Assembly (NCBI GenBank): GCA_001643675.2
Contig: LSRY02000032.1
Location: forward strand, 682,001 to 746,000
Origin: Monocercomonoides exilis PA203
Lineage: Eukaryota > Protista > Preaxostyla
Reading direction: 5' to 3'
DNA: 64,000 bases
The translations under genes were made by a program, and so were the position numbers. Shown here piece after piece: positions 50,901 through 61,590 of the stretch; within the stretch, counting starts at the first letter, position 1, and each line of letters opens with the position of its first letter. The notes under the pieces were generated by a model. That model worked only from the letters and a program-made list of their open reading frames with translations, was not told where the DNA came from and made no database searches.

Positions 50901-53900
50901 TCATCAGAATTTTCGTTGTTTTCTTCAATCCCCTTTTCATATTCATTCAGAATCTCCTCAGAAAGCGGAAGGTCGTTTTCCAGCAGCTCCTCGACATCGT
51001 CGCAGTCTTCGTCAAATCCCACCGGAAAGTCAGAAATAACCTCGTCTTCGATTCCGGCAAACACAGCTGACTCAGAAAAAGGACTGCCCACTTCTGCATC
51101 TTCATCCCTGGCAGCATCGGCTGATGCTGCACTTTGTGTGATTCCAGTCTCTTCTTCACCAGATTTCTTGTCTTCTACATCCATTCCACCCTCAGCTGCT
51201 TTCGAATGCTCCTCATCTTCTGCTTCCTCTGCCTCTTCTGCCTCTTCTGCCTCTTCTTCATCGTCCTCAGTGCACTCAGCCAGAAGCAGGCTCATCTTGT
51301 GCTTCATCCGGATGGCATCCCACAGATCATACAGCACATTCATCACCTGCTGCAGACGCGCCAAGACGCCATCGAGCGAAAAGTTGATCTGCGGCAGCGG
51401 CTGAAACAGCGAAGAAGAGCTGCCACTCGAAGCGAACTGTGCGTGGGAAGAAGGAGAGCGAGGGGAAGACGGGGCAGAGTCGAAGGAGCCTTCTCGTTTG
51501 ACTACTGATGGTGTGGAAGGGAAGGTCTGTGTAATCAGAGGAGGATGGGTGAGGCCAGCGATTCGCGCCTGTGGGTGCTCAATGGACGGTCCATTTGAGG
51601 TGTTTGCAGTAGAGGAAGAGGAGGAAGAGGAAGAGGAAAACGAGGAAGAAGAAGAAGAAGAAGAAGAAAGCAAAGAAGTTGATGAGACTTCAGAGTTTTC
51701 TTCTTCTGAATTGTTCACACTGCGCGAAAGCTTCGATTTTCTGCGTTCACTGAGGACAGGTCCCTTTCCGAGAGCCAATCCTTCAGTGCTCATTGAATAC
51801 TGCCCTTCATCAAACTCGTCAATTCGCTCCATCCTCTGCATAGAGCTTCTCTGCATCATTCTTTTCCTTCTTCTTTCTTCTCTTTCTCGCTGCTTCATCT
51901 TCCTCTTCGCCATCTTCCTCTTCTTTGCTGTGTCTTTTATTCGGTCCTTCCTCTTTATCCTGTCTCTCAGCTCCTTCAGCACTTCTCTTCTTGCTCTTTC
52001 TCTTTCGTTGTGCCATAAAACGGCTGCAAAGTCAGCATCAGGTAGGACAGCAATGACAAGCAAGGAGAACAGAGGTATCTTGTCATACAGCACAGACTCC
52101 AGTGTGTGGAGTGGGATGAATGGAAGAAGCGGATCTGTCGACTTGAGCAAATAAGAGTTCTGAGACTCCACTGAACTTTGCTGTGATGTAATATTTCCAG
52201 AGGGAAAAGAATCGTCCACCATTTTGTTAGAGCCATCGAGTGTGTTGATGAGCTCATTATGTTCTTCACTTCCTCCATTCTCATCCAACACAATCACTCG
52301 TGTGATTGTTCCAGAGACTGGAGGTGTGACAGGCGATGGCAGTGTGTCCTCGACATCTGCATCAAGAAGAGTGTATCTTCGTTGGAGAATGGATGATTGA
52401 GGAGAAGGCGCAACAGGGGCGTTTGTGTCTATTTCCATTGAAGATGAGTCAGAAGTGATGGATGGAGGAGAGTGTGCTAAAGATGATTGGTCTGTCATTG
52501 ATTGGTGATGCTGCTGCTGCTGCTGTTGTGAATCAAAACTTTCTGTTTGATTTTGCTTTTGGTCAGCAAAAGTGTCAGTAAATGGCTGATTTGTTGATTG
52601 GGCATTTGGATTGTTGTTTGATGAAGAAGAAATTTCTTGTGAAATGTTTGAAGGTTGCTGATTGATCGAAGATGAGGCAGAAGAAGAAGAAGAAGAAGAG
52701 GCTGAAGTGCTTTGAGATAGAGGAGAAGGAGCAGAAGGAGGAAGCACTGAATTTGATGGAAGTGAATTGGATGTTGTTGAATTGTTGTTTGAATTGAATT
52801 GATCAGAAGTCGAAGAAGTCGAAACAGTATTTTGCACAGAAAGTGGAGAAGAAGAGGAGGAGGAAAGAGAAGAAGAAGAAGAAGAAAGTGAAGAAATAGC
52901 AGAAGAAAGATGTGTTCCGCTTTGTATCAGTTTAAGCTGGGCCTTTGCGTAGTCATTCAGTTGAGCAGTTGAAGAGGAAGACAACGAAGAAGGAAAAGAT
53001 GAATGAAAAGAAGGAGACACAACAGAATCTTTAGAAGAAGAAGAACGAGAAGGAGAAGAAGATGCTTGTTCTGATGAAAGTGCATTTGAATTTTGTGGAA
53101 GAGAAGTTGCAGACGAGCCAAACGAAGAGGCAGAAGAAGAAAGACTGAGCTGAGGGAAAGAAGGAGAAGGCATAGCTTGTGGAGAAGAGGAAGGAGGCTG
53201 AGGCGGAGGCGGAGGAAAAGCAGCAAAAGAAGGGAAGATCTGCTGGGGAACAGGAAACTGGCTCATGTAATTGGACTGCTGCTGCCCTTGTTGTGTTTGT
53301 GTGGCAGGGTTTCCTTGGAGAGAGGCAGGCGAATAAGGAAACGGAGTGGCTGTCAGAGCAGAAAGCGCTATCGAAGGCGATGTCTGATGTGATGCTGCTG
53401 TGTTTGCGGCTTCTTGATCACCGTCGCTCAGCTGAGGCAGAGCATTCACATCTGAAATTTGGCTGTTTGCCTGTTTTTTTCTCTCTCTCTCTTCTCTTTC
53501 TCTCTCCATCCGCTCCATTTCCCTCTGCCGCTTCATTTTTTTCTCTGTTTCTTTCCGCTCAAAGCGCTCGACCTCGTTCCACTCCTCTTCAAAGCTCTGA
53601 ATGGCGCTTTCAGACCCGAAACGTGAAAGGGCATCGCGAAGAAAGAGGCAGCGGACGGTGAAGAAGAAAGAGAGGGAATCTCGTTGGAATGCAGCATATG
53701 CAGATGAAAGAGAGGCTGGCTTTTGTGTTTGGAGTGGGATTTGCTGCTTTGTTTTTGTTGAGGAAGAAGAAGAAGAAGAAATCTTATTCTGTTCCATCGA
53801 ATTGGATGAACTTCCAAGTGTAGATATTGTTTGCTTGCTTGCTGAACACGCAGAATTTTCATTTCTCGTTCTGTCAGAAGATGTCTGTGCGTTTGAGATG

Positions 53901-56900
53901 ATACAAGACATGGCAGGCGACAGCTGAGGAGATGTAGCAAATGGAAGCGGAGAATGCTTCAGATGCTTTTGGGCCTCTGGCGAAGACAATAAGCATTTGG
54001 ACAATTTGCTTACCTCTTCTTTCAGTTCATTCATGAATGACGGCTTGCTTCCATCTTTGTTCAGAGGATCTGATAATTCACTCACTTTCATGTCTGTTTG
54101 TGGCATTTCATCTGGTAAATGAGTAGATTGTGATGACTGTTCTGAAGAAGATGCATTTGAATGGCAAGAGCAATGTGAGTGGATTGAAGGAAGCAAAGAA
54201 ACAGGGGGAGGAAGTGGATGTGATGAAGAGAAATAAAGTGAAGGTGACGGAAACACAATCACAGAATTCGATTTCGCTCTTCTCTCTTCATCATCTTCAT
54301 CCTCGTCGTCATCATTATCGTCTTCTTCTTCCATTCTCTTCTGCACGCTTTTAGCAGAAACCCCCGTTTTCCCCTCAAATTCCTCCAAAGTCGGCACTCT
54401 TTCAGCTCTTGCCTGTGCCAGCACTGCAATGTCAGTCGATGTGGATGCAACTGTCATGTCAATCTGCTTCTGAATGTCTTCCTCTGTCAAATCCATGTCC
54501 CTCATGTTCCGCCCTGCCCGCCTCCCTTCGCCCCGATACCACAGCGAGTCTCCACTGCCAAACCCTCCATTCCCCTTTCTGCTCTTCCTTCTTCCTTTCT
54601 GCGACGCCATCAGATTTGCCGCAGCAGCAGACGCGATTGCTGCTTTCCTCTGGCTCTTTCTGAGAGACAGATGCTCCTCGGCATCCACATGCACATGCTG
54701 TCCTCTTCGATGGCTGATTCCTTTCTCTCTCGCAAATTCAGCTGTTTCTGAGCCAAACGGAGAAGGGCTTGTCCTCCCCCCTCCTTCTGAGTGGATGTCG
54801 CTTGCGTCTCTGCCCTCACGCAGCGCTGCTTCTTCTGAGCTCTTGTGCTCTTCTGAATGAGCAGTTGAGCCTTCTCCCTTTTCATCAGCGGCTGATGAAT
54901 GAGAGGTGCCCGCAACAGAAGAAGTTATATTTCTCATTGATTGATTGCTTAGCCTGCTTTGACTTGTGTCTTTTTCTGGCTTTTTTGGGATTGAGACATA
55001 AAATGACGTTCCCAGAAGACGCGGCTGTGGAAGGTGGATGGGCAGAAGTTGAGAGGAAGGAGCAGAAAGAAAAGAAGACAGCGAGAAAAGTGTTGAAGGT
55101 GAGCAGAGAGAGTTGAAGGAAGGCAAATCGGTTGAAGAGGAAGCTGATGATGAAGATGAGGCTGAAGAAGAAGAAGAAGAAGAAGAAGAAGCTGATTGTG
55201 ATTGCATTTGAGGTTGTGTCAAACTGTGTAATGGATTAAACCCTGCTGATGCTGATGAGTTTGTTGAATTAATAGAAAAAGAGTTTGCTTTTTGTGTTTG
55301 CGACGAAGAAATAGCCGAATTTTGAGTATTTTGATTATTTTGTGGTATTTCCTTCTTTGCAGTTGAAAGGGCATTCAACAATTCGCTCCGAAATTGCGGT
55401 GTGGTCACTCGTTTCACTTCACATTCGATGTCTCTCAAAATAGCAAGAGCATCTGCTGCTTTGATGGAAAGGGTGAAGCCATCGGTACTTGCTGCTTCAT
55501 TGGCAGTGTCTGAAGAAGAAAGAGAAGAAGAAGAAGAAGAAGAAGAAGTGGACGATGATGGATTTGTATTTGTATCACTTGATGAAGCATCTTTGTTGAC
55601 TGAGGCAGATTGGCTTGTCGATTCTTGAGATGAATCACCTGCTGTTGATGTGGATGATGTCAATGGCAAAGGCAATGCCAAATCGCCTTCAACTTTCTTT
55701 GAAGATAAATTTATAGATGCAGACGATGATGTTTGTGCATTCAACTTGTCTGTTCTGTGCTTTTTGTTCTGTCTTCCCAAATGAAGCTGCTCAATCTGCT
55801 CGACAAGCCGATCGAGTAAAAACGACTTCGTAGACTGCTGAAACAGCGAATCAACAGCAGAAATGTCGATTCCTTCTCCTTCCGTGCTTTTCCTCTGCTG
55901 CATTTGCGTTGTGTTCAGCTGGACATCCTTAGAGTAACTGGCAATCGACTCATCCTTTTCATCATCCTTTTCTCCTTTCTGGTCGCTCTCTGCTGTCAGC
56001 GAGCGCAGAATCGTAGACAGCAATATCGCACGCAGCATGTCTTCGCTTGTGGGCCCTTTTATCCTCACGTCGAAGCGCTTCTCTGCAGAAACATTGGTTT
56101 TTTCTGTTGTCTGAGCTGTTTGTGAAGCAGAATGGCTCTCCTCTTTCTGCTCGTTCTTCTCGTTCCATTCGCCTCCCCCTCCTCCCCCGCCTCCTCCTCC
56201 TCCTTCCTCTGTTGTCATCTCTCCTTCCTTCTCTTTCATTCTATCTTCCTTTTCTTTCGCCTTCTTTTCTTTCTCTTTCGCGTATTCTTCCTTTTCTTTG
56301 TTTCTTTCCTCGTCAATCGTGCTAAACAGTACTTCCACATTAATCGGTGTAATTCCTCTGCGAAATAGAGATCTGCTGAGGCTGGCGGACATTTGCAGAG
56401 TTGGGCGCGACCTCAGCTGCACTACCTGCGAGCCGCGCCCTCTCCCTCCGCTCACACCTGGTGCTGGATGCATCAAAGAGCCTGGCATGTCTGGCCCAAT
56501 CGCATCCCCTCCACTCCCATTTGCTCCGCCTCCACTCGCCCCATCGTAGTACCCGCCCCTCCCATTGTCCAAGAACTGGCTCGCATCCTGAGAGCTGTAT
56601 GCTGAACTTCCTCCGCCATAGCCTAAATAATCCGATTGAAAGGATGGATGAGATCCAGAACCTGATTTGCCTTCGTTATGAAAAAAAAGTTAAAGAATAC
56701 TACTTAGTTGCAACTTCAAAATGTACAAACCAGAACGAGATTGTAATGCTTGAGCAAATGAAGGCTTTCTGCTGATACCAGAAAGATGCTAAGAGTCATA
56801 AATGAAAGGGAAAAATGAACAAGTTTGCAAGAAATTCTCATGCAAATCATCACAACAATCATTGCACACCCTTCCATATGATCCTGTCCCTATGTCTCCA

Positions 56901-57329
56901 GTATTGCGGCAGTCGACGCATTGACAACGGTCAGTACATGGAATTCCAGCTTGAAAGCACTCGCAATATTTCTTCTGGCAGTTGCTTTTTCTACAATGAC
57001 ACCCCTTAGAGTGTTGAGCTGTCACATATCCCCCTTGCCCTGTTTCGCCAATTTTTGGAAGAAAAGCAGAAGGATTTCTTTCTCGAATCGATAATTTTGT
57101 TTGTTGAACAATGTCTGTATGCTCGGGCGTATTCAAGCAATGCTGACAATTACACGTAGATTTGCAAAAACTTCCTCTCCTAAAGCATTCGCAATATCTG
57201 AAAACAGTAAATGAAAGAGTTGATCCATTTTGGATAAGTCAATTCAACAAAAGTTCAATAACTTAATTTCGCACACAATTTTATGCACCTTGAATTTTTG
57301 CAATTGCAAGGTGCGAACGATTGTTCCAT
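47972..57329 (-). CDS. Tesmin/TSO1/LIN54-type tandem CXC (CRC) domain protein with a very long Ser-rich low-complexity tail (~3,000 aa)
   Basis: The spliced N-terminus reads [40 protein letters not shown]...IRERNPSAFLPKI...HSKGCHCRKSNCQKKYCECFQAGIPCTDRCQCVDCRN (two CXC motifs plus the RNPxAFxPK hinge). A small exon (HLSGISRKPSFAQALQSRS) links it in frame to the 2866-aa ORF. Confidence 0.8.
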
Positions 57330-57467
57330 CAGCAAATAAAATCGGTTCGATAAATTTGTTTAATTTTTGAAGTTTTTTAAACACTAAAATAATATATAGG
57401 ATCAGTGTGAAATTTTCAATCAAATGGAAATATAAAATCTGTAATTGCTTCAAATAATACATTCTAT

Positions 57468-58855
57468 GGTAGATGTCACCTTTGGTGGACCTGCTTTTTT
57501 TTGCATATTTTTAATGATAATTAAAAAGAAGCAATTTATATATTATTAATACTTGTTAAATGTGTGCGGAAAGTTGCTATAATCAAAAAAATAAAAATAA
57601 ATTTTTTTCAAAAAAAAATTATATAAAAAATAATTATTCTGTATATTCTGAAGCTGATGCGCCATCACCAGCTCCAAATTCATCAGAACTCGAAAGAGAG
57701 TAGTTTTCAGAGTTGTTCTCAATAATGTCATCAATATCTGGCAAATTTGGTTCCTCGTTATTTTCATCATTATCATCGTCTTCATCAATTTCTTCATGTT
57801 TTTTGTAAACCAACTCAACAAATTCAGAAAAGGTCAAATTGAAGCAATTTTTGACAATGAATGAAGAAATATAGTCTTGAATAAATGCATCTCTCATTCC
57901 AGAAACAGGTAGAAACTCTCTGAAATGATGCCACATCCCTTCAACAGTGTTAGTGCATGCTCCAGTTGCAGGATCCACATAGTGTCGATCGTGCACAACA
58001 ATTTTATGAATATAGCCTTCTTTTGCTAATGTTCCATATGCTCTCCAAGAATCACTCATTACAGTCGTTCCAGGCAATATGTGCTGTTTTATAATTGGCA
58101 ACAAAGAGTTTCGAGAACGATCTTTGACGATCCATAGCATTTTTTTTCCAACTTGCAGACCCTCTCTTCTTTCAATTGCTCCAAAAATCCATTGTTGCCT
58201 CTTGTATCTTCCTCTTCGATATTTTCTTCGACGTAATAAGCATTCATCTATTTCTACTGTCTTGCCTTCACCTCCAAGTTGAATGGGCTTGTTTATAAGG
58301 TATTGTGTGCAAGCATATCTGCATGCGCTGTACCAAAAACCGACTGAGTGCCTGTGAATATTGAGTAGAAGACTTCCATGTTTGATGGTCATTCCAATCC
58401 AAAAAAAGAGAATAATCATCAGCACTTTTCCTATTTTGATGTGCATTTTGTGAAACTGACTTCCATGGAATAATGAACGTTTCACCCTACATTTTTGGCA
58501 TCTCCAATACTTCTTCCCTGTTTTCTCTCTGATAAAATTCATTGGAGTTCTGTGTCTCCTGCATCGAGGGACTTTTCCTTTCAGTATGGTTCCAAACATC
58601 CATTGCCACGCTTTATTTTCGTTCAAAAATGTCTTAAATAGCTTATGAACTTCTTTTCGATTCATTTGAAGTTTCGATCAAACAGAAGAAATAATGATCA
58701 CATACATAAATTCGAAAATTTTTCCATTATTTTTTTTATTTATAAACACATTTCCGCACTTCAATTCACATTAAACATCACATATTAACACTTTTTATTA
58801 GTTAACAATACACTTTATTCAAAAAAAATTAGGTCCACCAAAGGTGACATTTGCC
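57468..58855. mobile_element. Merlin (IS1016/IS1595-family) DNA transposon, apparently complete
   Basis: 25-bp TIRs GGTAGATGTCACCTTTGGTGGACCT (57468-57492) and AGGTCCACCAAAGGTGACATTTGCC (58831-58855), 2 mismatches. 8-bp TSD CATTCTAT at 57460-57467 and 58856-58863. Confidence 0.93.
57634..58665 (-). CDS. Merlin/ISXO2-like DDE transposase, 343 aa, uninterrupted
   Basis: Zn-ribbon CRRH...WRCQKC; GGEGKTVEIDEC; WIFGAIER; ILPGTTVMSDSWRAY; VVHDRHYVDP...TNTVEGMW (DDE_Tnp_IS1595 motifs). Confidence 0.92.
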   Translation of the reverse strand: MNRKEVHKLFKTFLNENKAWQWMFGTILKGKVPRCRRHRTPMNFIREKTGKKYWRCQKCRVKRSLFHGSQFHKMHIKIGKVLMIILFFWIGMTIKHGSLLLNIHRHSVGFWYSACRYACTQYLINKPIQLGGEGKTVEIDECLLRRRKYRRGRYKRQQWIFGAIERREGLQVGKKMLWIVKDRSRNSLLPIIKQHILPGTTVMSDSWRAYGTLAKEGYIHKIVVHDRHYVDPATGACTNTVEGMWHHFREFLPVSGMRDAFIQDYISSFIVKNCFNLTFSEFVELVYKKHEEIDEDDDNDENNEEPNLPDIDDIIENNSENYSLSSSDEFGAGDGASASEYTE

Positions 58856-58886
58856 CATTCTATGATATTAAAAATGGAAAAAAGCT

Positions 58887-58894
<8 letters not shown>

Positions 58895-58939
<45 letters not shown>
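58895..58939 (+). repeat. Poly(T) tract, 45 nt
   Basis: Homopolymer run read directly from the sequence. Confidence 0.9.
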
Positions 58940-58940
<1 letters not shown>

Positions 58941-59231
58941 TTATGTTTTATTTCAGTTTTAAACGAAATAAAGTCTCACATCGACTTGATCAATTCTGTT
59001 TCTGGAAAAAACCAAAATAGGACAGAGCATTTATTCAATTGCTAAAACAATAATCTCATTACATGATATCAAAGTTTCATGCATCGAAATAACTTTCTTG
59101 TTGATATCACAAACAATTTTTTCTGTTGGCATGAATTGAAAATAAACACTTTAATTTGACTTTTCAAATGAATTTGTTCAGAAAATGTTTATTCCACATG
59201 TTTTTCACAGTTTTCTTATTAGCAATGAATA

Positions 59232-61289
59232 GGGTCAGTTATTTATCGGGACCCTTTTTTTTTATTGGGACCTTTTTTTTTTGATGTGAAAAAAAATTAA
59301 ATAAAAATTAAAAAAACACAAATGACGAATCCAATTTACGTATAACTTTTCTTTTTCCTTTTTTTCTTTCAATTACATTGATTTCTTCCTTTTCATTTTC
59401 ATGATCATCATCTTTCACTTCAAATTTTCTCTTTATTTTTTTCATTTCAACTAAAGACTTTAACTCATTATCGTCTTTTTGCTCTTCTTTTTTCATTTCT
59501 TCAGAAGAATTCTTTTCATCGTCAACTTTTTCTTCTTTTTCTTCTTTTTCTTCTTCTTTAATTCCCAAATGTTCATACCAATCATTCAGTAGCTTCTCAT
59601 CAGTAATTAATTTGCCATAGAAGTCGAATCTGTTTGAATGAGTTGAAGGTTGATATTCCGATGTTTCTGGCAGCTTCATGAGAATCGGCCCAGATTCGTT
59701 ATGAAGAACTCCACTCGTTGCGAAGGCTTTTTAATGACAGCAGGTGAGAGGGCAGTATGAATTGCTTGAGGGAGAACATCCACAAGAGCTGTTCTTTTCG
59801 ATGAAGATGTCGATGAAGATGGAGGTTCATATTTTGTTTGCAACTCTGTTTTCAGAACAGCGAAGACTCCTCTGTCAAGAGGCTGTGCGATATGTGTGCT
59901 GTAAGGAATGAAGGTGATGACGTCGATATTTTCTTTTTGAAATTCTCTCCAGATTGTTGGATCTGCGCGAGAAATGTGTGAGTCGATGAGAAGCAAGCAG
60001 CGAGAGTTTTCCAGTGACATGCGCTTTCTGCGATCGATTATTCCTTGAAGGAGTGTTGAAAGTGCGTATTTTTTGAATTGATTGCAGCCCATCCAACCAC
60101 TTCCGTTCGGCCAGATATCCAAAGTCTGTGACAACAGCGGCTTCATTTCATCAGGTAGACTTTTGCTAGGCCATAGAATCACAGAAGGAAGTGCAAATCC
60201 ATCAGCAGCCACAGCAGCGACCAGAGTCGAATTCGCCATTTTCGGTGGTTCTTTGCGAAATCCTGGATTTTCATTTTTTGGATGAACCACGCTCAGCTTA
60301 GAATTGGTAGGAACTCTCAGTGAAGACTCATCCATATTAAATATCAGTTCTTTGCAGTATTCATTTTTTTCATGTAAGCCGTCCAGCAATGAATACCAGG
60401 GCTGCAGAACACTTTGGCACGACACCGCAAGGCGATTAACATCAACATTTTTCGGCGAACTTCTCTTTAGCTCTGGATGGCGCTTAACAAACTGGTAAGC
60501 CGTAGCCATTGAAACGTTAACGTATGGGGCGTCTTCGTCGTCTGTATCATTTATTACATTTTCCATCTAATATATTTATTAGAATTATTAATTATTTAAC
60601 AACAACAAACCAGTTCGCGAACTTTCCGTATAGGCAAACAGCTTCCAGATCTTGATTCAATGATTATTTCATCCAGAACAATTTGTTCTTTGTCTCCTAT
60701 AACAAATTGCGGTCTTCCCACTTTTGAAACCAGCCTTTTGCTTCTCAGCGCCCGAACAGCGTTTTTGATCCTTTTTCGTGAGAATTCCATGGAGTTAATA
60801 GCGTCTGTAATCCTGACAACTCCATCAACCACAATGCGCGCCATCCGTTCCAGCCGATTGTCAATCCTTCTGTAGTCGAAAGATTTCATTGCAGCACGTA
60901 ATTTCCTTTGTCCAGCAATTCTCTTTTGTTCCACAGCAATTTTCATTTTTTTATTATGGTTATGATCTTATGTCCAATTTATTAATTAATTAATTTTAAT
61001 TTTCAATTTTCATTGAAATTAAATTTTTATTTACATTCAATACGAATTTAAATGGTTTTATACCCCTTGTTACCCACCTATTTATTTATTTTTTTCGATG
61101 GAAGGGATTAACCCCCCCATCTCCCCCCCATTGGAAATAGGCTTCGTATTCAAATGTAATTATCCTAATTTTCAGGGTTTGCTTATATACTGATAATGTT
61201 TATAAATATATAAAAAGTGGGAATTTTAATTTTCTTTTTAAAAATTTCGGCACCGTTAAAAAAAAAAGGTCCCGATTAATAACTGACCC
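59232..61289. mobile_element. pogo/Fot1-like (Tc1/mariner superfamily) DNA transposon
   Basis: TIRs GGGTCAGTTATTTATCGGGACC (from 59232) and GGTCCCGATTAATAACTGACCC (to 61289), one mismatch, flanked by TA on both sides. Confidence 0.88.
59308..60946 (-). pseudogene. DDE_1 (pogo/Fot1-type, DD35D) transposase with one intron and one frameshift
   Basis: IFNMDES...AAVAADG...SGWM...LLIDSHISR...STHIAQPLDRGVF, with 35 residues between D2 and D3. Intron 60567-60610 (GTTTG...TTAG). One base appears missing in the T5 run at 59728-59732; restoring it gives IKKAFATSGV... continuing into ORF 59308-59679. Confidence 0.8.
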
Positions 61290-61590
61290 TATCCTTCAAT
61301 GAAAGTTTCAACAAATGAAGTTGACAGTGCTTTTCCTCATATTCTTTTATAAAGCTTTTGCGACGGAACATTGCAATTGTTAGACAGAATCAACAAATAA
61401 TTAAAAAAGAACATGTCTTTTTTTCTTGTTTTGCCAGAATGCCAATTACGGTAATTTTTCATCTGAACCGCACGAAAATGATAAGCGCAAATTTTCGCAT
61501 CTAATTCCAAAACAATTATTCAAATTAATTTTGAAATGAAATGTTAACTGTGAATTATTGAAAAAAATAGTGAAAGAGATCATATCCCAT

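Noticed and set aside
1519-57329. Cell-cycle gene cluster (cyclin H, Cdc25, LIN54-like)
   Set aside because: The genes are far apart and interspersed with unrelated genes, which is compatible with chance.
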